Origin: Hormiphora californensis
Lineage: Eukaryota > Animalia > Ctenophora
DNA length: 64,000 nucleotides
Direction of reading: 5' to 3'
NCBI GenBank assembly: GCA_020137815.1
Contig: CM035355.1
Coordinates: 1,240,001 to 1,304,000 of the forward strand
Below, piece after piece: positions 63,588-64,000 of this stretch (within the stretch, counting starts at the first letter, position 1; each line of letters begins with the position of its first letter). A program made the translations under genes and the position numbers. The notes below the pieces were generated by a model, which was not told the DNA's origin, did no database searches, and worked only from the letters and a program-made list of their open reading frames with translations.

Positions 63588-64000
63588 TGGGAGAATATGG
63601 AGAGTTTGATTGTTTGATTGTTTGCTGTACTGATTTCAACAAGTCCCCTTCCTACAACAACAAGAAGTCCATAGTCGCCAGTAATTAAAACGGGAAAGCA
63701 ATATAGAGGCTATAGAGTATAGAGGCTATAGATGCTACTGTGGAGAGAGGGCTGAAAGCGTGTGATGCTTATATATACATATACAACATTGCTGTTATAC
63801 TTTACCCCTTTGCAATGAACACATTTTATTGTAGACAGTACTTTTATTTGTCTCTCTTTATCTCTATACACGATATAATCTCTCTTTTTCTTTTCTCTCT
63901 CTCTCTCTCTTTCTCTCTTTCTCTCTCTCTCTCTCTCTATCTCTCCCTCTATCTCTCTCTCTCTCTCTCTTCTTCTGACGTCACATTGACAAGTGTATTT

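Overview
Eukaryotic, animal genomic DNA, plausibly a ctenophore (inferred from the short introns, dense (CT/GA)n tracts and a divergent intronless Shaker-like channel). The assembly is visibly error-prone, with homopolymer-noisy blocks at about 1200-1280, 7260-8150, 19815-20790 and 49950-55450. Main contents: (1) A multi-exon CLC-7/CLC-6-type Cl-/H+ exchanger on the minus strand (ATG at 22461). Its ~11.5-kb intron before the first CBS exon (1371-12844) contains (2) an antisense, single-coding-exon Shaker-family Kv channel (9955-12313). The Kv gene is split by a one-base frame change at a T5 run, and has an unusual His/acidic turret with RRRRR, a GYGE filter and a charge-reduced S4. (3) A plus-strand adhesion GPCR with at least 23 exons (about 23752-33417), carrying Cys-rich CxxC repeats, GAIN/GPS and 7TM, with tandemly amplified splice donor and acceptor sites. 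(4) Stray ankyrin and tryptophanyl-tRNA synthetase exons at the left edge. (5) Many mobile elements: several MITE/foldback families, LINE fragments, a MULE/SWIM relic, a lone intact LINE ORF1, a palindromic tRNA-derived pair and a degenerate hammerhead-like pair. Two minisatellites are built from RFX X-box-like motifs. No CRISPR, rRNA or clearly functional tRNA was found. All exon calls and translations were made by eye.
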